A stretch of 64,000 nucleotides of DNA. Origin: Candidatus Oxydemutatoraceae bacterium (lineage in GTDB: Bacteria > Pseudomonadota > Gammaproteobacteria > Poriferisulfidales > Oxydemutatoraceae). Shown here piece by piece: positions 32,807-44,966 of this stretch. Numbering within the stretch: the stretch's first letter is position 1; each line of letters opens with the position of its first letter. Location of the stretch: the NCBI GenBank assembly GCA_965218975.1, contig OZ244717.1:1440001-1504000 (forward strand), read 5' to 3'. The notes under the pieces are model-generated. The model ran no database searches, was not told the origin of the DNA, and worked only from the letters and a program-made list of their open reading frames with translations. The position numbers and the translations under genes were made by a program.

Positions 32807-34702
32807 ATGAGCGGCAAATATGACGCAGCTTCAATTGAAGTATTAAGCGGCTTGGAACCGGTGAGGAAAAATCCGTGCATGTTCACCGATACTGCTAATC
32901 CCAATCATTTGGTTCAAGAGGTGATTGATAACAGTGTTGATGAAGCATTAGCCGGTTATGCGCAAAAAATTCATGTGCAGTTAAAATGCGACGGTTCGAT
33001 TGTTATCAGTGATGATGGTCGAGGAATGCCGGTAGATTTACACCCTAAGCTAAAGAAGCCGGGAGTGGAAGTTATCCTAACGACTTTACATGCCGGCGGA
33101 AAATTTTCGCAAAGAAATTATCGCTACTCAGGGGGGCTGCATGGCGTCGGCGTATCGGTTGTTAACGCCTTGTCTAATCAGCTGGAGGCACGTGTACGAC
33201 GAGCCGGTAAAGAATATGCAATGCTTTTTAAGCAAGGTGCGCCGGTCAGTAAAATGAAAATAGTTGGGAAAGTCAGACGTAACGACACTGGCACGACGAT
33301 TCATTTTTCACCTAACAAACAATTTTTCACCGATGCAAATTTCCATCGGGTTCAATTAAAACATATCCTTCAGGCAAAAGCGGTGCTATGCCCTAAATTA
33401 AAAATTAGTTATCACGATGAAATGAACGATGAAAAGCGGGAGTGGATGTATCACAACGGTTTGGACGAATACTTTAACGAGATGGTTGATGATAAACAGC
33501 CGATGCTTCTAGTCGAACATTTCAGCGGCAACAAGCAGACAAGAAATAATGAAGTGACGTGGTGTGTAAATTGGGTTGAGGATTTTGTTGATTCACCATT
33601 TACCGCGAGTTACGCTAATTTGGTGCCGACTCCTCAAGGCGGAACGCATGTCAATGGTTTGCGTGCCGGATTAACCGCTGCGGTTCGTGAATTCATTCGA
33701 TTTCATAAATCAACGCCCAAGAACGTACGTATTAGCACCGAAGATATTATGGCAAACTTATGTTATCTGCTTTCAATCAAAATTGATAATCCCGCATTCT
33801 CCGGTCAGACTAAAGAGCGTCTAAATTCACCGGTAATTACCGCTGCGGTGCAAAACGCTGTGTATGACGCATTCAGCTTATGGCTGAATCGACATCCGAA
33901 GCAAGGAACAGTGTTGGCGGAGTCAGTGCTTGCCCATGCACAGAAACGTCAGCGGAAAACTAAAAATGTCGCTCGAAAAAGCAGCTTCTCCGGTTTAAAC
34001 CTTCCGCCGAAACTATCCGACTGTACTTCAGATGATTACAGTCAAACTGAATTATTTCTTGTGGAGGGCGATTCCGCCGGAGGATCGGCAAAGCAAGCAC
34101 GTGACCGACGGTTTCAGGCAATTATGCCATTGCGCGGCAAAATTATGAACACTTGGGAAGCTACCGTAGAGACGTTATTAAATTCAGAAGAAATTTGTAA
34201 TATCGCGATTGCGTTAGGCATTAAAATAGGGCAGGACAACCTCAATGGTTTACGCTATGCTAAAGTTTGTATTCTTGCCGACGCTGACCCTGACGGCTTG
34301 CATATTGCAACTTTACTTATAACCTTATTTAAGAAACATTTTGCCGCAATGGTTTCAGCCGGACATTTATATGTTGCGCTGCCGCCGTTATTTCGCATCG
34401 ATATCGGAAAAACTATTTACTATGCTGTCAACGCTGCCGACCGCGACGACTATTTGAATAAATTGTCTGAAAACCAAGCAAAAAGCGCCAAAATTACTCG
34501 TTTCAAAGGACTCGGCGAGATGAATCCGCAACAATTAAGAGAGTCGGTGATGGAAGTCAAAACACGGCGCTTATTCCAGCTCACTTGCAACGACCGCGAT
34601 AGCAGCGAAACAATCATGGATATGCTGTTGGCAAGAAAGCGTGCTGATGAGAGACGCAGCTGGTTGGAAAATAAAGGTAACCTTGCAAGCGATCTGCGGT
34701 GA
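32807..34702 (+). CDS. parE: DNA topoisomerase IV subunit B
   Basis: EVIDNSVDEA, EGDSAGGSAKQARD, DADPDG, RFKGLGEM; about 630 aa with no GyrB insert. Confidence 0.96.
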   Translation: MSGKYDAASIEVLSGLEPVRKNPCMFTDTANPNHLVQEVIDNSVDEALAGYAQKIHVQLKCDGSIVISDDGRGMPVDLHPKLKKPGVEVILTTLHAGGKFSQRNYRYSGGLHGVGVSVVNALSNQLEARVRRAGKEYAMLFKQGAPVSKMKIVGKVRRNDTGTTIHFSPNKQFFTDANFHRVQLKHILQAKAVLCPKLKISYHDEMNDEKREWMYHNGLDEYFNEMVDDKQPMLLVEHFSGNKQTRNNEVTWCVNWVEDFVDSPFTASYANLVPTPQGGTHVNGLRAGLTAAVREFIRFHKSTPKNVRISTEDIMANLCYLLSIKIDNPAFSGQTKERLNSPVITAAVQNAVYDAFSLWLNRHPKQGTVLAESVLAHAQKRQRKTKNVARKSSFSGLNLPPKLSDCTSDDYSQTELFLVEGDSAGGSAKQARDRRFQAIMPLRGKIMNTWEATVETLLNSEEICNIAIALGIKIGQDNLNGLRYAKVCILADADPDGLHIATLLITLFKKHFAAMVSAGHLYVALPPLFRIDIGKTIYYAVNAADRDDYLNKLSENQAKSAKITRFKGLGEMNPQQLRESVMEVKTRRLFQLTCNDRDSSETIMDMLLARKRADERRSWLENKGNLASDLR

Positions 34703-35616
34703 GCGCATTATTCTCACATAACATTATCGCACTGATCTGGGATTTTGATAAAACTCTAATTCCCGGTTATATGCAAGAACCTTTGTTTGAAGAATATGGG
34801 ATTGACGCTAATGTTTTTTGGAAGGAAGTGAATGCCTTGCCGGAAAAATATCGAGCGCAAGGCTGTAATATGACTTCAAACGAGGCACTTTATCTTAATC
34901 ATATTTTGGATTATGTCCGTATTGGAAAGTTTCAAGGTTTGACCAACAAAAAACTTCGATTTTTAGGTAAAAAACTTAAATTATTTAATGGATTACCCAT
35001 TTTTTTTCAACAACTTCAAAGTGTGATAGAACAAGAATATAAAGCACATAACATTCGAGTTGAGCACTATGTAGTTAGTACCGGGTTGCGCCAAGTGATT
35101 CTTGGAAGCACGCTTGCACCTTGTTTAACCGGCGTTTGGGGATGTGAGTTACTTGAAGAAGAAACCGATACGGGTAAGCAGCTATCTCGTATCGGTTATT
35201 TATTGGATCACACGACAAAAACTCGGGCGATATTTGAAATTAACAAAGGTGTCAATGTTGAATCTTTAATTGATGTCAATGCGCGACTGCCCGAAGACCA
35301 ACGTCGTGTGCCAATTTCGCAGATGATTTATATCGGTGACGGACCGAGCGATGTGCCGGTTTTTTCAGTAATCAACCGCTATGAAGGAAAAAGTTACGCT
35401 GTTTATGCACCGGGGTCAAATAAGGCATACGCACAAGCGTACGCTTTACAAATCGACGAGAAACGTGTGCACGGTATCGGGCCTGCGGACTTTTCCGAAA
35501 GTAGCCAAACTAGTCTTTGGTTAAAGCAAACAGTTAAAGGTATTGCCAACCAAATTGTAGAGAAGCACCGTCGCGTCATTAAAGATAATGTCGGCATTGC
35601 GCCAAAGCATTTTTAG
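34699..35616 (+). CDS. HAD-superfamily hydrolase
   Basis: Motif I WDFDKT, motif II VVSTG, Lys in TTKT, motif [10 protein letters not shown]; GTGA overlap with the parE stop. Confidence 0.85.
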   Translation: MSALFSHNIIALIWDFDKTLIPGYMQEPLFEEYGIDANVFWKEVNALPEKYRAQGCNMTSNEALYLNHILDYVRIGKFQGLTNKKLRFLGKKLKLFNGLPIFFQQLQSVIEQEYKAHNIRVEHYVVSTGLRQVILGSTLAPCLTGVWGCELLEEETDTGKQLSRIGYLLDHTTKTRAIFEINKGVNVESLIDVNARLPEDQRRVPISQMIYIGDGPSDVPVFSVINRYEGKSYAVYAPGSNKAYAQAYALQIDEKRVHGIGPADFSESSQTSLWLKQTVKGIANQIVEKHRRVIKDNVGIAPKHF

Positions 35617-35642
35617 AGAATCTGATAGCTCGATTGCGCTTT

Positions 35643-37901
35643 ATGGCAAATACAGAAACTCAAAAGAAATCGAATTTAACTCCCCAAATCGCACTGACAG
35701 ATTTCGTTGAGCGAGCATATCTTGATTATTCAATGTATGTCGTGCTTGATCGAGCTTTGCCTTCCATTTGTGACGGTCTAAAACCGGTGCAGCGGAGAAT
35801 TGCTTATGCAATGCTAGAACTTGGTTTGAATGCGAATGCGAAACCCAAGAAATCAGCAAGGACGATCGGCGATGTCATTGGTAAATACCATCCGCACGGA
35901 GATATGGCATGCTACGAAGCAATGGTTCTAATGGGACAACCGTTTACTTATCGTTATCCTCTGATTGAAGGGCAGGGAAATTGGGGTTCAATTGACGACC
36001 CCAAGTCATTCGCCGCAATGCGTTATACCGAAGCGCGACTAACTCCTTATGCAGACACTCTACTTGCGGAATTGGGACAAGGCACTGTCGGTTGGCGACG
36101 CAACTTTGATGGCAGCTTGGACGAACCTGAAGTACTGCCGGCACGATTGCCCAATTTATTGCTGAATGGCGCATCGGGGATAGCGGTTGGAATGTCAACC
36201 GATATTCCGCCGCATAATTTAATTGAGGTTTATAAAGCATGTATTTGTTTACTAGATAAAACTCGCACACCAGTTGAAAAATTATTAGGACTAGTGCAAG
36301 GGCCGGATTTTCCTAGCGGTGGTGAAATTATAGATGGCCTTGAAAGAATTGCTGAAATATATAAAACCGGGAATGGTGTACTACGTGTGCGGGCGACTTA
36401 CACAATGGAGAAAAATGATATTGTGATTACTTCTTTGCCGTATCAAGTTTCGATAACACGTATCATGCGACAAATCGGTTCATTGGTACGAAAAAAGAAG
36501 TTCACTTTAATCAAAGATTTGCGCGATGAATCGGATCAAGACCATTGCGTGCGTTTGGTTATTGGCTTAAAAAGAAAAGAATCCAAGCATAAACAAATCA
36601 TGTCGCATTTATTTGCTCATACCGACCTCGAGCGTACATATCATGTGAATATGAATGTGATTGGAATGGACGGCAAGCCTCAGGTGAAGCCTCTGCGACA
36701 GTTGTTGCTTGAATGGCTTGATTTTCGTAAACGAACAGTGCGTTGTAGACTGCAATGGCGACTCAATCAAATTAACCGTCGCCTTGAAGAATTAGAAGGG
36801 TTAAGAATCGCTTATGCGAATCTTGACACAGTTATCCGTATCATTCGTGAAAGTGACAAACCTAAAGCAAATTTAATCAAGCATTTCCGATTCAGTGAAT
36901 CGCAGGCGGAAGTCATCCTTGAATTGCGCTTACGCCGCTTAGCAAAACTGGAACAAATTAAAATTGATCACGAGCGACAGACATTAAACGCTGAGAAAGA
37001 TGGGATTGAACGCTGCTTGGGCTCGACACGACGATTAAAGACCTTGATTAAGCGTGAACTGACAAATGATATGCAAGCATACGGTGATTCGCGTAAAACT
37101 CGAATCATCGCAAGACCGCAAGCCCAAGCTATGGATATTGCCGAATTAATCCCGGTCGAGAAAGTGACTATTGTCTTATCAAAAATGGGATGGATCCGTG
37201 TAATAAAAGGGCATGAAGTTGAACCGACGACACTTGATTATCGCGACGGTGACGAATTTCTTGCTGTCGCTTATATCAACAATAATCAATCGGTTGTGTT
37301 CTTGGATACTGTCGGACGTTGCTATACATTATCCTTGCATCAGTTGCCGTCATCACGTGGATATGGCGAACCGTTAAGTCGCTATTTAAGTCTTGCAGAA
37401 AACTCTGCTATGGTCGGCGTTGTCGTCGGTAATCTGTCACATTCGGTTATGCTAGCTAACAATGCAGGCTACGCATTTTATGCTCCAATCAAAAGTTTGA
37501 TGAGCCGCGGTCGCGCCGGAAAGCAAATATTAAATTTAGGCGATCATCTGCAGGCAACCGCTCTGTCGCCTGTGCCTAAAAGTTTGAATTGGTGGGCTGT
37601 TGCCATCAATCGCAGTGGCCACATGTTAGTTGTCTCAATGAAGGAAATTCCTTTTTTATCAAAAGGAAAAGGAAATAAACTAATTAGTATTAGTAATAAA
37701 GAATTCATTGCAGGCAACGAACAATTGATCGCTGTAGCTTGTGTCTCCAACAAAGATACGTTACGGATCCATGCGGGAAGACGTATTAAATTGATGGCAT
37801 TCGAGCAGTTGTCGGAATTTATTGGCAAGCGCGGTCAACGTGGCTTAAAATTGCCTAAACTATTTCGTAACGTCAATCGCATTGAAGTATTAAAGTCGTA
37901 A
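35643..37901 (+). CDS. parC: DNA topoisomerase IV subunit A
   Basis: [39 protein letters not shown] (catalytic Tyr). Confidence 0.97.
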   Translation: MANTETQKKSNLTPQIALTDFVERAYLDYSMYVVLDRALPSICDGLKPVQRRIAYAMLELGLNANAKPKKSARTIGDVIGKYHPHGDMACYEAMVLMGQPFTYRYPLIEGQGNWGSIDDPKSFAAMRYTEARLTPYADTLLAELGQGTVGWRRNFDGSLDEPEVLPARLPNLLLNGASGIAVGMSTDIPPHNLIEVYKACICLLDKTRTPVEKLLGLVQGPDFPSGGEIIDGLERIAEIYKTGNGVLRVRATYTMEKNDIVITSLPYQVSITRIMRQIGSLVRKKKFTLIKDLRDESDQDHCVRLVIGLKRKESKHKQIMSHLFAHTDLERTYHVNMNVIGMDGKPQVKPLRQLLLEWLDFRKRTVRCRLQWRLNQINRRLEELEGLRIAYANLDTVIRIIRESDKPKANLIKHFRFSESQAEVILELRLRRLAKLEQIKIDHERQTLNAEKDGIERCLGSTRRLKTLIKRELTNDMQAYGDSRKTRIIARPQAQAMDIAELIPVEKVTIVLSKMGWIRVIKGHEVEPTTLDYRDGDEFLAVAYINNNQSVVFLDTVGRCYTLSLHQLPSSRGYGEPLSRYLSLAENSAMVGVVVGNLSHSVMLANNAGYAFYAPIKSLMSRGRAGKQILNLGDHLQATALSPVPKSLNWWAVAINRSGHMLVVSMKEIPFLSKGKGNKLISISNKEFIAGNEQLIAVACVSNKDTLRIHAGRRIKLMAFEQLSEFIGKRGQRGLKLPKLFRNVNRIEVLKS

Positions 37902-37905
37902 TAAC

Positions 37906-38796
37906 ATGTTTCGTATAGGTCTTTTTCTTTTAGTCAATTTTGCCATTTTACTGATTTTGAATGTCGTTCTGAGTGTATTCGGCTTGGAGCATTGGCTTGT
38001 ACAAAATGGCGTTGATTTTAATGCACGTGCGGTGTTGCTGATCGCGTTGGCTTTTGGCATGGGGGGTGCGTTTATTTCACTAGCGCTTTCAAAATCAATG
38101 GCCAAGCGCAGTATGCGTGTAAGGACGATTGAGAAACCGAGAGATCGGACAGAACAGTGGTTGATCAACATAGTAAAACGACAAGCTCAACAGGCGGGCA
38201 TTGATATGCCGGAGGTGGGCATTTTTCCAACACCTCAGCCTAACGCATTCGCAACCGGCATGTTGCGCAATAAAGCGTTGGTGGCAGTCAGCGAAGGTTT
38301 GTTGCGGCAAATGGATAAGGATGCGATTGAAGCAGTATTGGGGCATGAAATCAGCCATGTTGCTAATGGCGATATGATTACTTTGACTTTAGTCCAAGGT
38401 GTGGTGAATACATTTGTGATTTTTTTGGCACGCGCCGTCGGACATATTGTAGATCGAGCGGTATTTAAAAGCCGCGGCTACGGTCCGGGTTATTACATTA
38501 CAGTTATTGTAATGCAGATTATTTTCTCTATTCTAGCTAGCATCATTGTGATGTGGTTTTCACGCTACCGTGAATTTCGCGCTGATTACGGCGGGATGCG
38601 TCTTGCCGGGCGCGATAAAATGATTCATGCATTGAAGCGTTTGCGAGCAATTGGCCGCCAAGCGCAAGGTTTGCCGACAGAATGGCAGCAGTTTGGAATT
38701 GACGGGCAAACAAAAAGAGGGATTCGACAATTATTCGCAAGCCATCCGCCGTTGATTGAGCGGATACGAGCATTGGAGCAAGCTGATCTGAAATAG
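37906..38796 (+). CDS. htpX: membrane zinc protease HtpX
   Basis: PNAFATG, HEISH, FSRYREFRAD, SHPPL.ERI. Confidence 0.96.
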   Translation: MFRIGLFLLVNFAILLILNVVLSVFGLEHWLVQNGVDFNARAVLLIALAFGMGGAFISLALSKSMAKRSMRVRTIEKPRDRTEQWLINIVKRQAQQAGIDMPEVGIFPTPQPNAFATGMLRNKALVAVSEGLLRQMDKDAIEAVLGHEISHVANGDMITLTLVQGVVNTFVIFLARAVGHIVDRAVFKSRGYGPGYYITVIVMQIIFSILASIIVMWFSRYREFRADYGGMRLAGRDKMIHALKRLRAIGRQAQGLPTEWQQFGIDGQTKRGIRQLFASHPPLIERIRALEQADLK

Positions 38797-39055
38797 TCGT
38801 TTATGTTTAATCGCTACTTGCTTCCGGTTGCCGGTTCTTGCCGACTGCTCAGTTTGACATAGCCCTTTTGCGGGAAAAAACCGTTGGCCTCCTTCTGCCC
38901 GCATGTAGATTATATGTTTGTTCAGACTAATATATCCGGCATATCGGAGGCTCATTCTGTTTGCTATGCAGACATATGAAATGGTTGTTTGTAATGGATA
39001 ATCGGTCGGTGTACGATGCACCGTTTCCACAAAAAATTTACTTAGGTTTGAATTA

Positions 39056-39622
39056 ATGTCGCATTATACAACTAATCAATTTCGTAATGGCTTGAAAATT
39101 TTAGTGGATAATGATCCGCATATTATTCTTGAAAATGAATTTGTAAAGCCTGGCAAAGGACAAGCATTTAATCGGATTAAGTTACGAAACTTAATAACCG
39201 GGCGTGTACTCGACCGCACTTATAAATCCGGTGAAAGTGTAATAGCTGCGGATGTGATAGAAATTGAAGTACAGTATCTTTATAACGACGGAAAAGAATG
39301 GCATTTTATGAACAAAGATACTTTTGAACAGTATGTCGTTTCCGCAGATATGATGAAGGATGCCAAAAATTGGATTAAACCTGAAAATATTTGCACTGCA
39401 ACGCTACATAACGACATACCTATCGTCATTGATTCGCCAAATTTTGTTGAACTGAAAGTCGGTAAGACCGATCCCGGAGTGCGTGGCGACACTGCGACCG
39501 GAGGTACAAAACTTGCTACATTAGAAACCGGAGTTGTTGTCAAAGTTCCATTATTTGTTGAACCTGGCGAAATTCTACGTATAGATACTCGTAGCGGAGA
39601 ATATGTCTCACGTGTCAAATAG
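39056..39622 (+). CDS. efp: elongation factor P
   Basis: [34 protein letters not shown]. Confidence 0.98.
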   Translation: MSHYTTNQFRNGLKILVDNDPHIILENEFVKPGKGQAFNRIKLRNLITGRVLDRTYKSGESVIAADVIEIEVQYLYNDGKEWHFMNKDTFEQYVVSADMMKDAKNWIKPENICTATLHNDIPIVIDSPNFVELKVGKTDPGVRGDTATGGTKLATLETGVVVKVPLFVEPGEILRIDTRSGEYVSRVK

Positions 39623-39786
39623 CAAGTATTATTTTCTGATTATTGCGTACGCAATTGGCGTTCTATGTTAAATGCCATAACGTCTTTGAAAAGTACCTTA
39701 GAGTCCGTAATTTATGGAAAAGCTACTAGAAAAAATTGTTGAAGGATTTAACTTTCAATTTAAAATGCAGCAAAAGCAAAAAAGGA

Positions 39787-40689
39787 TCAGTCTTCCGATT
39801 TTTTGATGTGGCAAGCAAGCTCTTCACCCATACGCACAATATTTCCAGCAGCATAAGCCGGATTCCATTGTATATGTGGGTTTTTAGTCAATAAAATTAC
39901 TGTTGACCCAAGATTGAATCGCCCTATTTCTTCACCGCGCTTAAAATAGATTTGCTGCGCGTTGATGGACGGTATCGGTAAATAGTGCGTATGTTCAATT
40001 GCTTGGCTGCGAGGAGTGACGGTGCCGCGGTGACGGATACTGATTGAACCGACATTGAGAGCGCCGACCATTACGATTGCAATTTTTCCTAGCTTAGTTT
40101 CAAAAATCGTAATGACGCGTTCATTGCGAGTGTATAAACGCGAGATAAGCTTTAATGCATACGGCGCGACGCTGAACAGTTTTCCAGGAATATGAATTAA
40201 GTTTGTCAACCGGCCGTCTACCGGCATATGTACACGATGATAGTCGCAAGGGGACAAATAAATCGTTATGAACTTGCCGTTAACAAAGTTATCGGCACAA
40301 TCGTCAGTGTCCCCGAACAAATCATGCAGTGTATAGCGTTGTCCTTTGGCCTGCAGTAATGTGTCGTCTTGTACATCCCCCGACTCTAAAATCATGCCGT
40401 CGCAGGGGCAGGCAAAAGTACGCGGGTCGTTGCACACGATACGTGCTTCGGCTTTCAGTCGCCGGGTAAAGAAATCATTAAACGTCGCGTAGTTTTCCGG
40501 CTGAGTATATTCGGCCTCCGACATATTGACACCGAAAAAATTGATGTAACGTTTAATCAATATGTTTTTCCGGTGCGTCTTAACCCGCGCCATGAAGAAA
40601 ACGAACCGGGATAACCATTGGTGAGGGAAACAAAAGAAAGCCAATATCTTAAATTTTTCCCATAAGTTTGGTGCTCGATCTGAATTCAT
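39787..40689 (-). CDS. psd: phosphatidylserine decarboxylase
   Basis: FNDFFTR, YLSPCDYHRVH, RNER, FNLGST cleavage motif; start ATG 40689 has an AAGGA RBS. Confidence 0.96.
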   Translation of the reverse strand: MNSDRAPNLWEKFKILAFFCFPHQWLSRFVFFMARVKTHRKNILIKRYINFFGVNMSEAEYTQPENYATFNDFFTRRLKAEARIVCNDPRTFACPCDGMILESGDVQDDTLLQAKGQRYTLHDLFGDTDDCADNFVNGKFITIYLSPCDYHRVHMPVDGRLTNLIHIPGKLFSVAPYALKLISRLYTRNERVITIFETKLGKIAIVMVGALNVGSISIRHRGTVTPRSQAIEHTHYLPIPSINAQQIYFKRGEEIGRFNLGSTVILLTKNPHIQWNPAYAAGNIVRMGEELACHIKKSED

Positions 40690-40880
40690 TTTGATTTTCC
40701 TTTCATCGTTTAAGATTTTGAAATTAGTTTGTATTCGATACCATTTGCCCATGTTGCAATACAATTGCGACGTTATTATTATAGAATATGTAGTGTTCGC
40801 TTTCGGACCGGCGGCTTTAGCTTATCTGTTGACTATTACCCATGGGGCTTTACCTTGCATATTGAAAGAGGATAATTTTA

Positions 40881-41966
40881 ATGTCGGGAAACACATTCGG
40901 TAAGCTGTTTACTGTCACATCCTATGGCGAAAGCCACGGCAGCGCAATCGGTTGCATAGTGGATGGCTGCCCGCCCGGGATGACGTTAAGCGAATCCGAC
41001 ATTCAGCCCGAATTGGATCGTCGCCGCCCGGGTAAGACACGTCACACGAGCCAGCGCCGTGAAACCGACATCTTGAAGATTTTATCAGGGGTTTTTAACA
41101 AGAAGACAACCGGCGCTCCAATCGGATTGCTTATTCATAATGTTAATCAACGTTCCAAGGATTATTTTCCTATTAAGGATAAATTTCGTCCCGGTCATGC
41201 GGACTATACGTATCAAAAAAAGTACGGGATTCGTGATTACCGTGGCGGCGGACGTTCATCGGCACGTGAAACAGCGATGCGTGTCGCTGCAGGCGCAATT
41301 GCTAAAAAATACTTAAACGAACGTTATCATATTGTCATACAGGCTTATCTTGCGCAGCTGGGCAAGATCCGTTGCGCAGAAAACATCAAATGGAGAATAA
41401 TTAACGATAATCCTTTTTTCTGCCCCGATCCTGATCAAATCCTATCTCTTGAACAATATATGGATGAGCTGCGTAAATCAGGTGATTCTGCCGGGGCTTT
41501 GATCCGAGTCCACGCCAAAAATATGCCGGCAGGGTTGGGGGAGCCGGTTTTTGATCGGCTTGATGCCGATATTGCTTATGCGATGATGAGTATCAATGCG
41601 GTGAAAGCTGTCGGAATTGGCGCCGGATTCGCTTGTGTCGAACAAAAGGGAAGCGAACATCGCGATGAAATTCAAGATGGTCAATTTTGCAGTAATCATG
41701 CAGGCGGTGTTCTCGGCGGTATTTCAAGCGGGCAAGATATTATTGCCGATGTTGCCTTCAAACCGACTTCGAGCATTCGTTTGCCAGGGAAAACGATAGA
41801 TATTGCCGGCAAAAATACCGATATTGTGATAAAAGGAAGACATGATCCTTGTGTCGGTTTACGTGCAGTTCCGATTGTCGAGGCGATGCTTGCTTTAGTA
41901 TTGATGGATCATGTGTTGCGTCATCGAGCTCAAAATGCCGATCATATCACTACAAATAGTAAATAA
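40881..41966 (+). CDS. aroC: chorismate synthase
   Basis: [27 protein letters not shown]. Confidence 0.99.
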   Translation: MSGNTFGKLFTVTSYGESHGSAIGCIVDGCPPGMTLSESDIQPELDRRRPGKTRHTSQRRETDILKILSGVFNKKTTGAPIGLLIHNVNQRSKDYFPIKDKFRPGHADYTYQKKYGIRDYRGGGRSSARETAMRVAAGAIAKKYLNERYHIVIQAYLAQLGKIRCAENIKWRIINDNPFFCPDPDQILSLEQYMDELRKSGDSAGALIRVHAKNMPAGLGEPVFDRLDADIAYAMMSINAVKAVGIGAGFACVEQKGSEHRDEIQDGQFCSNHAGGVLGGISSGQDIIADVAFKPTSSIRLPGKTIDIAGKNTDIVIKGRHDPCVGLRAVPIVEAMLALVLMDHVLRHRAQNADHITTNSK

Positions 41967-41977
41967 AGTGGCGCACT

Positions 41978-43138
41978 GTGCCGCACCGCTACGTTAAACT
42001 CTCTGTTTTTTATTTTTTATACTTTTCCAGTTTGGGTATTTATATCCCGTATTGGGGGCCTTATTTACGTGATTTAGGTTTTGATTCGGCAGCGATCGGT
42101 ACGTTGTTTGCAGCCACATTAATTAATCATATATTCGCACCATACTTGTGGGGATGGATTGCGGACCGCACCCATGCTCGTCTGCGCATTATCCGTCTTG
42201 CCGCAACGCTCGCATTGTCATGTTTTGTTCTGGTATTGCTAAACCACACGTTTTATTGGCTTGCATTCGTGCTATTTGGCTTCGGCTTCTTTTGGTATGC
42301 CTTATTACCACAAGTTGAAGTGCTAACAATGCGTAGTTTGAAACACGAGTCTCGCCACTATAGCTCCATTCGCCTATGGGGTTCGGTTGGTTTTATTACT
42401 TGCGTAGCGGGACTTGCGCCGATAATCAATGATTATGGGACATTAATAATTCCCTGGTTGATTATCGGAGTGTTGGCAATGTTGTGGATAGTCACTTTCA
42501 GCATAGATTCCTATCGTTACCACGCGACTTCGGTAGTAAGCATCATGACTTATCTGCGCCGTCCGGAAATATTATCATTGTTCGTGCTGTGCTTTTTAAT
42601 CAAACTGTCGCATGGTCCTTACTACACTTTTTTTAGCATATATCTTCGCGAACATAGCTATAGCAATACTATGATCGGGCAAATTTGGGCATGCGGCGTG
42701 ATTGCCGAAGTCGGGATTTTTCTGTTGATGTATAAAATATTGCCAAAAGTCGGTGCGCCGCTACTATTATTGATTAGTCTGATCGGAGCGACGATTCGTT
42801 GGCTTTTAACTGCTTATTTTGTCGATTCTTTAGGAATATTGCTGCTGGCACAATCATTGCACGCAGTTAGTTTTGGCGTCTATCACGCTGCAGCGATTCA
42901 CTTGATTAATTTTTGGTTTCGTGGAGGCGCTCAAGGAAGAGGGCAAGCACTTTATTCAGCAGTTAGTTTTGGTGCCGGTGGTGCTTTGGGGAGTTATCTG
43001 TCAGGACAATTGTGGGATTCTATAGGTAGTACCTACGTATTTTCTCTTGGGGCGATGGCCGCTTTGATTGCCGTACCGCTGGTGATTCCGATTTATCGGA
43101 ATATTTGTCGTAGCAAGAGAATTCTTGTTGAAGCTTGA
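41978..43138 (+). CDS. MFS transporter
   Basis: About 12 hydrophobic segments, WGWIADR, YSSIRLWGSVGF; follows aroC. Confidence 0.88.
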   Translation: MPHRYVKLSVFYFLYFSSLGIYIPYWGPYLRDLGFDSAAIGTLFAATLINHIFAPYLWGWIADRTHARLRIIRLAATLALSCFVLVLLNHTFYWLAFVLFGFGFFWYALLPQVEVLTMRSLKHESRHYSSIRLWGSVGFITCVAGLAPIINDYGTLIIPWLIIGVLAMLWIVTFSIDSYRYHATSVVSIMTYLRRPEILSLFVLCFLIKLSHGPYYTFFSIYLREHSYSNTMIGQIWACGVIAEVGIFLLMYKILPKVGAPLLLLISLIGATIRWLLTAYFVDSLGILLLAQSLHAVSFGVYHAAAIHLINFWFRGGAQGRGQALYSAVSFGAGGALGSYLSGQLWDSIGSTYVFSLGAMAALIAVPLVIPIYRNICRSKRILVEA

Positions 43139-43145
43139 TATCCGG

Positions 43146-44868
<1,723 letters not shown>

Positions 44869-44966
44869 TTAAAGCTTATTTTATACGAATCCGCTAAAAT
44901 CTGACGGTGAAAATAGATTAACTTCAATCCGATCAAATGAAACAAACTTAGCGGAGAAAGTATTCA

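Noticed and set aside
38731-39030. 99-aa minus-strand ORF upstream of efp as an epmB remnant
   Set aside because: No radical-SAM or EpmB motifs, and it overlaps the end of htpX.
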